Below, one piece after another: positions 8,551-17,813 of a DNA stretch of 64,000 bases. The notes beneath the pieces were generated by a model, which was not told the DNA's origin, did not search any database, and saw nothing but the letters and a program-made list of their open reading frames with translations. The stretch spans positions 7,880 to 71,879 of the forward strand of contig CAYFVY010000001.1 of assembly GCA_964346715.1 (NCBI GenBank), in the 5' to 3' direction. A program made the translations under genes and the position numbers. The first letter of the stretch is position 1. Each line of letters opens with the position of its first letter. Source of the DNA: an uncultured Pelistega sp. Lineage in GTDB: Bacteria > Pseudomonadota > Gammaproteobacteria > Burkholderiales > Burkholderiaceae_B.

Positions 8551-9543
8551 ATGAAAATTACTAAAAAATCTTATGCTTTATTCGCCGCTGCCTTACTTGG
8601 CTTATCAACAATGTCCATCAGCGTCGCAGAAGAACCTAAAAAACCTGAATGTATTGCACCAGCACAACCTGGTGGTGGTTTTGACTTGACCTGTCGTGTC
8701 GCTGTTAATGGTTTTCAAAAAACCAATTTACTCAGCAACCCAATGCGTACCATCTATATGCCAGGTGGTATTGGTGCGGTGGCCTATAACAATATTGTGG
8801 CACAACGCCCTGCTGATGGTAATGCTATCGTCGCCTTCTCTGGCGGTTCTCTCTTGAACTTAGCACAGGGTAAATTCGGTCGTTATAACGTGAATGATGT
8901 GAAATGGTTAGCCGCTATTGGTACCGACTATGGTGTGGCTATCGTACGTGACGACTCACCATATCAAGACCTACCTTCTCTTATGAATGCTTTTAAAGAA
9001 GATCCAACCAAGATTGTTCTAGGTGCTGGTGGTTCAGTCGGCAGTCAAGACTGGATGAAGGCGGCGCTAACGGCACAAGCGGCTGGCGTGGACTATAAGA
9101 AAATGCGCTTTGTTGCCTTCGAAGGGGGCGGTGAAGCTATAACAGCACTACGTGGTGGTCATATTCAAGCCTATATGGGTGACGCTGCTGAAGCGCGTAC
9201 GATGTTGGATGGTGGTACACCGATCAAGATCTTGGCCGTATTTAGTAAAGAGCGCCTAACTGGCAAGATGGCTAATATCCCAACAGCAGCTGAGCAAGGT
9301 TACGACATTAACTGGCCAATTATCCGTGGTTTCTATGTCGGCCCTAAAGTATCTGATGCTGAATACAAATGGTGGGTTGATGCCTTTGACAAACTTATGG
9401 CCACGCCTGAGTTCAAAGAGCTACAAGAGCAACAAGGCTTATTTGAGTTCAATGAAACTGGTGAAAAACTTGACGCTTACGTGAAACAACGTGTTGCTGA
9501 CTACACTAAAATCGCCGAATCATTTGGTTTAATTAAGAAGTAA
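8551..9543 (+). CDS. tctC: Tripartite tricarboxylate transporter substrate-binding protein (Bug/TctC family)
   Basis: It has a signal peptide and Bug-family length and sequence, and it is followed by tctB and tctA. Confidence 0.9.
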   Translation: MKITKKSYALFAAALLGLSTMSISVAEEPKKPECIAPAQPGGGFDLTCRVAVNGFQKTNLLSNPMRTIYMPGGIGAVAYNNIVAQRPADGNAIVAFSGGSLLNLAQGKFGRYNVNDVKWLAAIGTDYGVAIVRDDSPYQDLPSLMNAFKEDPTKIVLGAGGSVGSQDWMKAALTAQAAGVDYKKMRFVAFEGGGEAITALRGGHIQAYMGDAAEARTMLDGGTPIKILAVFSKERLTGKMANIPTAAEQGYDINWPIIRGFYVGPKVSDAEYKWWVDAFDKLMATPEFKELQEQQGLFEFNETGEKLDAYVKQRVADYTKIAESFGLIKK

Positions 9544-9575
9544 TTTATTTAGCTCTACTCAGAGTGTTCAATCCA

Positions 9576-9614
9576 GTATCCTGGCTTATATTAAGGTAAT
9601 GCAAGCCAGGATAC
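9576..9614 (+). other. Perfect 12-bp intercistronic stem-loop after tctC
   Basis: gtatcctggctt-N15-aagccaggatac. This is typical of a stabiliser or attenuator that raises expression of the binding protein relative to the permease. Confidence 0.55.
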
Positions 9615-9639
9615 TTCACAATTATACAAAGGAACCCTT

Positions 9640-10083
9640 ATGGCACTGAACGATAGAGTTTTAGGGATAGCTGCGGTTCTACTCGCATTATTCCTCGCTT
9701 TTTTTGGTTATGACTTAGAGGCAGCGTTTTCTTACGAGCCTGTCGGCCCTAAAGCTTTCCCACTTTTGCTTGCTCTTATTATTGGTCTTTGTGGCTTGCG
9801 CCTAATTTTTACCAATGGTAACCCGGTTGAGCCTAACCCTCCTGGCGCCAACTTACGTATCGCCATTATGGTGGCTTACGTTGCGGCCTATGCTTTCTTG
9901 TTTCAATGGCTAGGCTTTATTGTTGCCACTGCTCTGATGACCATCTTTGTTGCTCGTCTATTCGGTAGCACCTGGATCAAAGCAATCATTGGCGGCGTAT
10001 CAATGGGCGTTCTTTTCTTCTTACTCTTTGACAAAGGCCTAGATGTGGTCTTGCCTACTGGCATTCTAGGAGACTTATTATGA
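9640..10083 (+). CDS. tctB: Tripartite tricarboxylate transporter small membrane subunit TctB
   Basis: It is 147 aa with four hydrophobic helices, and it overlaps tctA by 4 nt. Confidence 0.85.
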   Translation: MALNDRVLGIAAVLLALFLAFFGYDLEAAFSYEPVGPKAFPLLLALIIGLCGLRLIFTNGNPVEPNPPGANLRIAIMVAYVAAYAFLFQWLGFIVATALMTIFVARLFGSTWIKAIIGGVSMGVLFFLLFDKGLDVVLPTGILGDLL

Positions 10084-11603
10084 GTGCAATGTTAGATCAT
10101 TTAAGCTTAGGTTTTGGCGTTGCCTTCTCGCTCATGAACCTACTTGTCGCTGCGATTGGTTCGTTTATCGGCACTATCGTTGGGGTATTGCCTGGTTTAG
10201 GCCCAATTAACGGTGTAGCGATGCTAGTGCCTATCGCTTTTGCTATGCAATTACCACCTGAGACCGCTTTAATTCTCTTAGCCGCAGTATATGTTGGTGC
10301 CGAGTACGGTGGTCGTATTACCTCAATTTTACTTAACGTTCCTGGCGAAGCGGCAAGTGTGATGACTACCTTAGATGGTTATCCCCTAGCCCGTCAAGGG
10401 TTAGCAAGCGTAGCTTTGTCACTTTCTGCTTGGGCTTCTTTCGTGGGTTCGACAATTGCTATTCTTGGCATCCTGATGTTAGCACCCGCTTTGGCCAAAT
10501 GGGCGATTGCTTTCGGTCCTGCTGAATACTTTGTTTTAATGGTCTTCGCTTTTTGCGCCTTAACCAGCTTACTCGGTGAACAACCTGTTAAGGGTATCTT
10601 GGCAGCGATGATTGGTCTGGCGATTGCGACCGTTGGTGTCGACTCTAACTCAGGTGTTTATCGTTATACCTTTGATATTCCTAATCTCTCGGATGGTATT
10701 GACTTCGTCGTCGTGGTGATTGGTCTATTTGCTGTCGCTGAGATGATGCAGATGTTAGAAAATCTCTTAACTGGCACTTCTATTGATGTACCGAAAAGTG
10801 AACGCAAGCTATTTAACTTTCAAGAAGTTTTGCTCACCAAGTGGGCTGTCTTACGTGCAGGCTTAACAGGTTTCTTCGTAGGTATCTTACCTGGTGCAGG
10901 TGCAAGTGTGGCGTCTGCTGTGGCCTACGCCAACGAGAAAAAACTCACCGAAGGTAAGGACCCAAATGCCAAATTTGGTAAGGGCGACTTACGTGGCTTA
11001 GCCGCACCTGAATCAGCCAATAATGCGGCAGCAATGGGCTCATTCATCCCGATGTTAACACTAGGTGTTCCTGGATCAGGTACAACCGCAGTGATGATGG
11101 GTGCTTTAACCTTATACAATATCACACCAGGTCCCGTATTATTTGATGCGCAACCGCAAATTGTTTGGGGCTTAATTGCATCGCTATTTATCGCTAACCT
11201 CATGTTGTTCTTAATGAACGTACCTATGGTTCGCGTGTTTGCAGCGATGTTAAGCATTCCACCGTGGTTATTAGTTCCAGGCATTTTATCGATTAGCTTT
11301 ATCGGTGTGTATTCAATTAACGGTACCGTCTTTGACCTTATGATGGTGGTAGGAATTGGTGTAATTGGCTACTTCTTAAGAAAGTTCAATGTCCCCATGG
11401 CACCACTTGTCTTGGGTGTAGTCTTAGGCGATATGATGGAACAGAACTTACGTCGTTCATTAGCCATGACCGATGGTGATATCAGCATTCTTTTCCAAAG
11501 TAATTTATCAATTGGCTTATGGATTGCTGCAGCTTTTGTTGCTATCGTCCCTCCGCTAATGCGTAAATTCCGTAAGGATGCACCACGTACACCGGCGAAC
11601 TAA
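10080..11603 (+). CDS. tctA: Tripartite tricarboxylate transporter large permease TctA
   Basis: It is a 507-aa polytopic membrane protein with TctA-family sequence (GVLPGLGP.., GILPGAGAS..). Confidence 0.9.
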   Translation: MSAMLDHLSLGFGVAFSLMNLLVAAIGSFIGTIVGVLPGLGPINGVAMLVPIAFAMQLPPETALILLAAVYVGAEYGGRITSILLNVPGEAASVMTTLDGYPLARQGLASVALSLSAWASFVGSTIAILGILMLAPALAKWAIAFGPAEYFVLMVFAFCALTSLLGEQPVKGILAAMIGLAIATVGVDSNSGVYRYTFDIPNLSDGIDFVVVVIGLFAVAEMMQMLENLLTGTSIDVPKSERKLFNFQEVLLTKWAVLRAGLTGFFVGILPGAGASVASAVAYANEKKLTEGKDPNAKFGKGDLRGLAAPESANNAAAMGSFIPMLTLGVPGSGTTAVMMGALTLYNITPGPVLFDAQPQIVWGLIASLFIANLMLFLMNVPMVRVFAAMLSIPPWLLVPGILSISFIGVYSINGTVFDLMMVVGIGVIGYFLRKFNVPMAPLVLGVVLGDMMEQNLRRSLAMTDGDISILFQSNLSIGLWIAAAFVAIVPPLMRKFRKDAPRTPAN

Positions 11604-11626
11604 AATCTAGCTTATATTGCTTTGCT

Positions 11627-11680
11627 AAGCCACTCAGGATTACCTATAATGGTTCAATTACTGAGTGGCTTTTATTTATC
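11627..11680 (+). terminator. Rho-independent-type terminator after tctA
   Basis: aagccactcag-N23-ctgagtggctt is followed by ttatttat. Confidence 0.5.
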
Positions 11681-11741
11681 TCTATGACTCTCTTAGAGAA
11701 CTCTCCACTCACCACAACACTTAGGATTAGAGCATCACATC

Positions 11742-12788
11742 ATGATAATGAAATTAGCCCCGTATCTCTTTGGCTTTCTCATTGCTCTTGCCGGTGCTCT
11801 TGTCGCTCAGTGGCTTAACTCTCCTCTGCCTTGGTTAATTGGTCCTCTCGTATTTACCGCAGTCGCCAGCATGAGTGGTGTTAAAGCACGCTCCCATAAT
11901 CTTTTTCGTAATATGGGTCAATGGGTCATTGGCACAACCTTAGGCCTGTATTTCAGTCCTCAGATGGTGCAAACCATTATCTATAACAGGCCTTAGATGG
12001 TCGCAGGTTTATTCCTTGCCTTATTCTTTGGAGTTTTTGATGCCTTATCATTACGCCGCTGGGGTCTCATTGATTTTAAAACTGCTTGGTTTGCTGGTGC
12101 TATCGGTGGCGCCAGTGAAATGGCCAATTTGGCTGAGCGCTATAATGCACGCGTAGATAGCGTCGCATCTGCTCATAGCTTAAGAGTTCTGATGGTGGTG
12201 ATTATTATCCCGTTTGCCTTCAAATTCTTAGGTATTCACGGCAATAGTATCGATCCTAATGTCAGCTCGTATCAGTTTGATGGTTTGGGTTTTCTTGGCT
12301 TAATTGCACTCACAGTCTTAGGTGGCTTATTCTTTAAACGCATCAATATGCCGAATCCTTGGGTGCTTGGTCCACTTCTGGTTGCCGCCCTACTGACGAG
12401 CAATTCGATTCATTTCAGTCATCTTCCACCTGAAGTCTCGAAACTGGGACAACTTTTTATTGGTTGGGCTTTAGGGAGCAAATACGGACCTGACTTCTTT
12501 AGTCGCGCACCACGTTTCCTAACTGTTTGTGCCTTAGTGAATACCGTCTCCTTAAGCTTAGCCGCAGGCTTTGCATATCTCTTATCCTTATTGTCAGATA
12601 TTCCACTAAGCACCCTTATGCTCAGCGTCAGCCCTGGCGGTATTACAGAAATGACGATTACGGCTAAAGTCTTAATGTTAGGCGCACCCATGGTCGCCGC
12701 CTTCCACGTCTCACGTATGGTGTTTATTCTACTGGTGACGCAGCCACTGTATAAGCTCGTGGTGAAGTGGATGGGGCGTGGCGGCTGA
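11742..12788 (+). pseudogene. AbrB-family (COG3180-type, 'putative ammonia monooxygenase') membrane protein interrupted by one in-frame TAG
   Basis: ORFs 11742..11996 and 11997..12788 are in the same frame, separated only by TAG, and an ATG follows immediately. Together they give about 348 aa, the usual full length of this family. The second part carries the family motif GGASEM / PGGITEM. Confidence 0.7.
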
Positions 12789-12914
12789 GTTGGCTTAGTC
12801 ACCGACTTAACTCATTCAGCGACTAAAGCGATTAGACGCGAAGACCCACCCAGGGTGCAACAAAACCCTAGGATTCACAAGGGATCACTAGGGCTCAGTA
12901 CTGAAATTAAAGAG

Positions 12915-13490
12915 CTATGAAGCATCGCGGCTTAAGGCGTGATATTCCTTATTCGGCATCATATCCGTACCAATCGCCATGCGATTCGACATATTAAAGA
13001 ATGCCACGGTATCACATAGGTCAAAAATCTCACTGTCTTCCAAGCCTAGCCTACGTAGTTCTTCACGGTCTGCGGCTTCGACTAAGTGCGGTGTAACGGT
13101 TAACTTCCATGCATAATCTAATAAACCACGCTGACGCTCGCTTAAAGGAGCAACACGGTAATTCATCACCATCATCTCACCCAGCTCAGGGTCACCTGAT
13201 AATTGACGTACTGCTTGTCCATGTGCTACGAGGCAGTAGTAGCAACGATTGGCGCTAGAGACCACGACTGCCACCATCTCGCGCTCAAGCTTTGACAGGC
13301 CTGAAGGCGCTAACATCAGCTCATTGTACATAGACATAAAATTGCGCAATTTATTCGGATTGAATTTATAGGCTTGTAGCACATTTGGCACAAAACCAAA
13401 TTTATCTACGCACTTATCGTAAACCACTTGGATATCTTCATCCGTCTCTTGGGGAATATCAAAAGCAAAAATATGATCGGGTTGTGGCAC
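12915..13490 (-). CDS. AhpD-like / carboxymuconolactone decarboxylase family peroxidase-related protein
   Basis: It has a CxxC-type motif (CYYCLVAHG) in a CMD-domain context and is about 190 aa. Confidence 0.75.
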   Translation of the reverse strand: MPQPDHIFAFDIPQETDEDIQVVYDKCVDKFGFVPNVLQAYKFNPNKLRNFMSMYNELMLAPSGLSKLEREMVAVVVSSANRCYYCLVAHGQAVRQLSGDPELGEMMVMNYRVAPLSERQRGLLDYAWKLTVTPHLVEAADREELRRLGLEDSEIFDLCDTVAFFNMSNRMAIGTDMMPNKEYHALSRDAS

Positions 13491-13712
13491 GTTTGTCTCC
13501 TTAACTCTCTTAATGTAGTGTTTTAATTTACTGCCTTAAATAAATAATAGTTTTTATATCCTAAACACTTTACTCTATATCAGTCCTTACTTTTCTGTAC
13601 TACGTTATAACCCTAATTTATTACTATATATTTTTGTTCTTTATTCTTTTTTTGGTATAGTGAACTTTACCTTATCACACGCATTACGCTACATTATCTG
13701 AGGGGATATCTC

Positions 13713-14729
13713 GTGAATAAACTTACACTCGCTTTAGCAATCGCCGGCTTTGCTGCTATTTCAAGCCAAGCTCAAGCCGCCACACTAGACACGGTTAAGC
13801 AACGTGGTCATGTTGTCTGCGGTACTACTACTGGTTTTGCTGGTTTCTCAGCCCCTGACGATAAGGGCGAGTGGCAAGGTCTAGACGTGGATCTCTGTAA
13901 ATCTGTTGCTGCCGCAGTCTTCGGTGATGCAAGCAAATTTAAAGTGGTTCCTCTTAACTCTCAACAACGCTTTACAGCACTACAGTCAGGTGAGATTGAT
14001 GTACTGACACGTAACACAACCGTGACTCAACAGCGTGATACCTCACTCGGCATTATGTCTCCAGGCGTTAACTTCTATGATGGTCAAGGCTTCTTGGTAT
14101 CTAAGAAACTTGGTGTGAAAGCCGCTAAGGAACTCGATGGTGCTACCGTATGTATGCAAACAGGTACCTCGAACGAAAACACCATGGCTGACTGGGCACG
14201 TGCCAATAATGTGAAATATACCCCAGTGGTATTTGATCAGTTTAACGAAGTGGTGAATGCTTTTGCCGCAGGTCGTTGCGATGTCTACACGACTGACGCC
14301 TCTGGTTTAGCCTCAATCCGTATTTCTAAACTATCGAATCCTGATGACTATGAAGTATTGCCTGACTTAATTTCTAAAGAACCCTTAGGCCCATTTGTTC
14401 GTCAAGGCGATGACCAATGGTTTAATGTGGTGAAGTGGTCTTTACAAGCACAACTGAATGCTGAAGAGCTTGGTCTCACCTCAGCAAATGTTGATGAGCA
14501 TATGCAGAGCAATGACCCGAATATTCAACGTCTTTTAGGAACCACACCTGGTACAGGTAAGAACTTAGGTCTAGAAGAAAACTGGGCCTATAACATTATT
14601 AAACAAGTGGGTAACTACGGTGAAAGCTTTGAGCGTAACGTCGGCGCCAATAGCACACTTAAAATCCCACGTGGTCTAAATAATCTATGGACCAATGGTG
14701 GTTTACATTACGGCTTACCAATCCGTTAA
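13713..14729 (+). CDS. Amino acid ABC transporter substrate-binding protein (AapJ/BztA-like)
   Basis: It has a signal peptide (..SQAQA), family-3 SBP sequence, and a GTG start with a GAGGGG RBS. No permease or ATPase gene is adjacent. Confidence 0.8.
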   Translation: MNKLTLALAIAGFAAISSQAQAATLDTVKQRGHVVCGTTTGFAGFSAPDDKGEWQGLDVDLCKSVAAAVFGDASKFKVVPLNSQQRFTALQSGEIDVLTRNTTVTQQRDTSLGIMSPGVNFYDGQGFLVSKKLGVKAAKELDGATVCMQTGTSNENTMADWARANNVKYTPVVFDQFNEVVNAFAAGRCDVYTTDASGLASIRISKLSNPDDYEVLPDLISKEPLGPFVRQGDDQWFNVVKWSLQAQLNAEELGLTSANVDEHMQSNDPNIQRLLGTTPGTGKNLGLEENWAYNIIKQVGNYGESFERNVGANSTLKIPRGLNNLWTNGGLHYGLPIR

Positions 14730-14787
14730 TTAAACACCTGATTGAAGCCTGAGCTTGAGTATGAGTTTAGGTATCAATCGCTCATAT

Positions 14788-14827
14788 AAAAATCGCTAAA
14801 CGGCTTCAATGCCAATTAGCGATTTTT
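14788..14827. terminator. Bidirectional terminator between convergent genes
   Basis: aaaaatcgctaa-N16-ttagcgattttt has A and T runs on both sides. Confidence 0.6.
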
Positions 14828-14857
14828 CTTTTTGAGTGTTAATGCATAGAGAATTAG

Positions 14858-15889
14858 CTATTTGAGACCTAGCTCCTGGCGGACAATAGCGGCACCCGCA
14901 CTTAAGGCATATAACTTACCTCGAGCAACATCACGCGATAGTGGTGCCATACCACAGTTAGTACAAGGATACAGTTTATCTGCATCAACAAACTGTAGGG
15001 CTTTACGCAGCGTATTAGCCACTTCTTCAGGGGTTTCAATCGTATTCGTTGCGACGTCAATCGCCCCAACCATCACCTTTTTACCACGAATTAGCTCAAG
15101 CAAATCCATAGGCACATGCGAGTTATGACACTCTAAAGAAATCATATCGATCTTAGATTGCTGCAACTTAGGGAAAGACTCTTCATATTGACGCCACTCT
15201 GAGCCTAAAGTTTTCTTCCAATCAGTATTGGCTTTAATACCGTAGCCATAGCAAATATGTACGGCAGTTTCACACTTCAAGCCTTCAATCGCTCGCTCTA
15301 AGGTAGCAATCCCCCAATCATTCACATCATCAAAGAATACGTTAAAAGCCGGCTCATCAAATTGAATGATGTCCACACCCGCTGCCTCAAGCTCTCTCGC
15401 CTCTTCATTTAGAATCTTGGCAAATTCCCAAGCAAGTTTTTCACGACTCTTATAATGCGCATCGTACAGAGTATCAATCATGGTCATCGGCCCAGGTAGC
15501 GCCCATTTAATCGGCTGCTTAGTATGCTGGCGTAAAAATTTTGCATCCTCAACGAAGACGGGTTTCGTGCGTGCCACCTGATCAAAGACGGTAGGCACAC
15601 TCGCATCATAGCGATTACGAATTCTCACCGTCTCGCGCTTTTCAAAATCAACACCGCTTAAGTGCTCAATAAATGTCGTGACAAAGTGCTGACGTGTTTG
15701 CTCACCATCGCTGATAATATCAATGCCTGCACTTTCTTGTTCTTTTAATGACAAGAGCAAAGCGTCTTTCTTCGCTGACAGTAAGTCCTCTCCCTCTAAT
15801 TTCCAATCAGACCATAGTTTCTCTGGCTCAGCGAGCCAAGTTGGTTTAGGTAAGCTGCCTGCCGTTGAGGTAGGTAATAATTTTTTCAT
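14858..15889 (-). CDS. mesD: Core (single-domain) cobalamin-independent methionine synthase, MesD-like
   Basis: It is about 343 aa and resembles only the catalytic C-terminal half of MetE. Candidate Zn ligands are HICYG, LECH and NCGM. It lies directly downstream of a DUF1852-like gene. I used the first ATG at 15889; the track starts at TTG 15898. Confidence 0.75.
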   Translation of the reverse strand: MKKLLPTSTAGSLPKPTWLAEPEKLWSDWKLEGEDLLSAKKDALLLSLKEQESAGIDIISDGEQTRQHFVTTFIEHLSGVDFEKRETVRIRNRYDASVPTVFDQVARTKPVFVEDAKFLRQHTKQPIKWALPGPMTMIDTLYDAHYKSREKLAWEFAKILNEEARELEAAGVDIIQFDEPAFNVFFDDVNDWGIATLERAIEGLKCETAVHICYGYGIKANTDWKKTLGSEWRQYEESFPKLQQSKIDMISLECHNSHVPMDLLELIRGKKVMVGAIDVATNTIETPEEVANTLRKALQFVDADKLYPCTNCGMAPLSRDVARGKLYALSAGAAIVRQELGLK

Positions 15890-15913
15890 AATAAACAACC
15901 TTATTTGTAATAC

Positions 15914-16891
15914 TTATAAAGAGAAATTAGCGGCCCATTGCTCAAGCTGCGCTTGATAAGGCTTGATGAAATACTTTTCCGTAAACTTACCCTGCTCAAC
16001 GGCTAACTGATTACGCTCAACCCGATCATAAACAATTTGCGTCAATGAATAATCTTGGTTCGTAAGACTCGGTTGGTAGTTCTTGCCAGCGACAGAATTG
16101 GCGTTATAAATTTCAGGACGATAGATCTTTTGAAAGCTTTCCATCGTGCTAATCGTAGCAATTAGTTCAAGCGTAGAGTAATCATTGAGTAAGTCACCAC
16201 TATGGTAAAAGGCCAATGGAGCGACACTGTTTTTCGGCATAAAGTAACGAACCTGCAAGCCCATCTTGGCAAAGTATTGGTCTGTTAAGGAATGCTCATC
16301 TTGTCGATACTCAACACCGAGAATCGGATGTACATTATCTGTACGGTAATAAGTCTTGGTATTCGAGACACTTAAACAGATAATGGGCTGCTTGCTAAAG
16401 TTTTCTTGGTAAATACTAGACTGCACGAATGACTTGAACAGCTTGCCATGTAACTCACCATACGCATCAGGTAAGCTGAATTGTTCTTTATTCTTATTGT
16501 GCTCAGGTAGCAAAACACTGAAATCATAATCTCGCACGTACGATGAGAAGTTATTGCCAACAATACCTTCGATGCGCTTATGAAGGTGATGGTCGACAAT
16601 GCTGGTTTGCAAGACTTCAATCACTGGAAATGCTTCCCCCTTACCCTCAACATCCAGATCGACAGAAATAATATCGAGCTTAAGGGAATAACGATCGCCA
16701 TTCGGATTATCCCAGTTCGCTAAGCTATTAAAACGCTGATCGATCATCTTCAAGGTATTCGCTAAATTCTCTTGGCGACTCTCCCCACGCGCCAAGTTAG
16801 CAAAATTCGTCGTGAGACGGGTTTCATCTGAAGGGCGATAGTTTTCGTCAAAACGCTGGCTTCTAATACTAAATACAAACTCTTTACTCAT
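15914..16891 (-). CDS. mesX: DUF1852-family protein, MesX-like partner of MesD
   Basis: It is 325 aa and is recognised from memory of the DUF1852 family plus its characteristic pairing with a short MetE-like gene. Confidence 0.65.
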   Translation of the reverse strand: MSKEFVFSIRSQRFDENYRPSDETRLTTNFANLARGESRQENLANTLKMIDQRFNSLANWDNPNGDRYSLKLDIISVDLDVEGKGEAFPVIEVLQTSIVDHHLHKRIEGIVGNNFSSYVRDYDFSVLLPEHNKNKEQFSLPDAYGELHGKLFKSFVQSSIYQENFSKQPIICLSVSNTKTYYRTDNVHPILGVEYRQDEHSLTDQYFAKMGLQVRYFMPKNSVAPLAFYHSGDLLNDYSTLELIATISTMESFQKIYRPEIYNANSVAGKNYQPSLTNQDYSLTQIVYDRVERNQLAVEQGKFTEKYFIKPYQAQLEQWAANFSL

Positions 16892-16984
16892 TGTCTTTAC
16901 TTCTTAACTCAATTCTCTAGAAAATGAGTTCCATTGTAGGCAAGCTACTCAATGAAGTAAAATGATATTGTTTTGCCATCATCA

Positions 16985-16997
16985 TGAATTATATTCA
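16985..16997. promoter_or_regulatory. MetR-type box TGAA-N5-TTCA upstream of mesX
   Basis: tgaattatattca lies within the larger palindrome tcatgaat-tat-attcatga, about 95 nt upstream of the mesX start. It matches the published MetR consensus TGAANNNNNTTCA. Confidence 0.5.
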
Positions 16998-17099
16998 TGA
17001 ATGTATTTATGTTGGTATTTGATGATTTTTATGCTGACGATACTACCACCATGTCAACTAACGCTTATGCAAGCACCCCTGCCGCCACTTATGCTCGCA

Positions 17100-17813
17100 C
17101 TAGGCCACGCCCAAATAGCGACTCCAAATAGATCGGTGCTCAGATAATTGGGGAGAATTACCACGCCAGACAATCTGCCCACGCTCAACAATTAAATGCT
17201 TATCGGCTAAGCCAATTAACTTCTCAATATATTTATCAATAATTAAAATCGTCTGTCCGGCTTCTTTTAATTGTCGTAAGCAGGCCCAGATTTCGTCTCG
17301 AATGACTGGGGCTAGGCCTTCAGTAGCCTCATCCAGAATCAAGAGCTTAGGATTGGTCGAGAGCGCGCGTGCAATGGCTAGCATCTGCTGCTCACCACCC
17401 GACAACTGGTTACCCATATTTTGACTACGCTCTTTTAATTTAGGGAATAGCGCATATAGGCGCTCCACGCTCCACGGCTGCTTAGTACCATTGCGCTTAG
17501 CGGCGAAGGCTATCAGATGTTCATGTACGGTTAAATTTGGAAAGCACATGCGCCCTTCGGGTACGACAGCAATGCCACGACGTGCACGCGAATCAGGGGC
17601 TAAGCTGGCAATCGCTTGATCTTCAAAATAGATCTGACCACTAAGCAGTGGAATCGCTCCAATCAAACTCTTAACGGTTGTACTCTTACCCATACCATTA
17701 CGACCTAATAAGGTCACAATTTCACCCGCTTGCACAGCAAAGTCTAGATTAAATAGCACCTGACTAGCACCATATCCTGCATTCACCTGTTCAAAGCGTA
17801 ATAACGTACTCAT
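17100..17813 (-). CDS. livF: Branched-chain amino acid-type ABC transporter ATP-binding protein (LivF-like)
   Basis: It has Walker A (GRNGMGKST), the signature LSGGEQQ and Walker B. It is the last gene of a five-gene HAAT-family operon. Confidence 0.88.
   Translation of the reverse strand: MSTLLRFEQVNAGYGASQVLFNLDFAVQAGEIVTLLGRNGMGKSTTVKSLIGAIPLLSGQIYFEDQAIASLAPDSRARRGIAVVPEGRMCFPNLTVHEHLIAFAAKRNGTKQPWSVERLYALFPKLKERSQNMGNQLSGGEQQMLAIARALSTNPKLLILDEATEGLAPVIRDEIWACLRQLKEAGQTILIIDKYIEKLIGLADKHLIVERGQIVWRGNSPQLSEHRSIWSRYLGVA

Noticed and set aside
16892-17099. Looked for a SAM or cobalamin riboswitch upstream of mesX.
   Set aside because: No conserved aptamer-like helices or a B12-box were seen. 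The MetR-type palindrome is the only clear signal.
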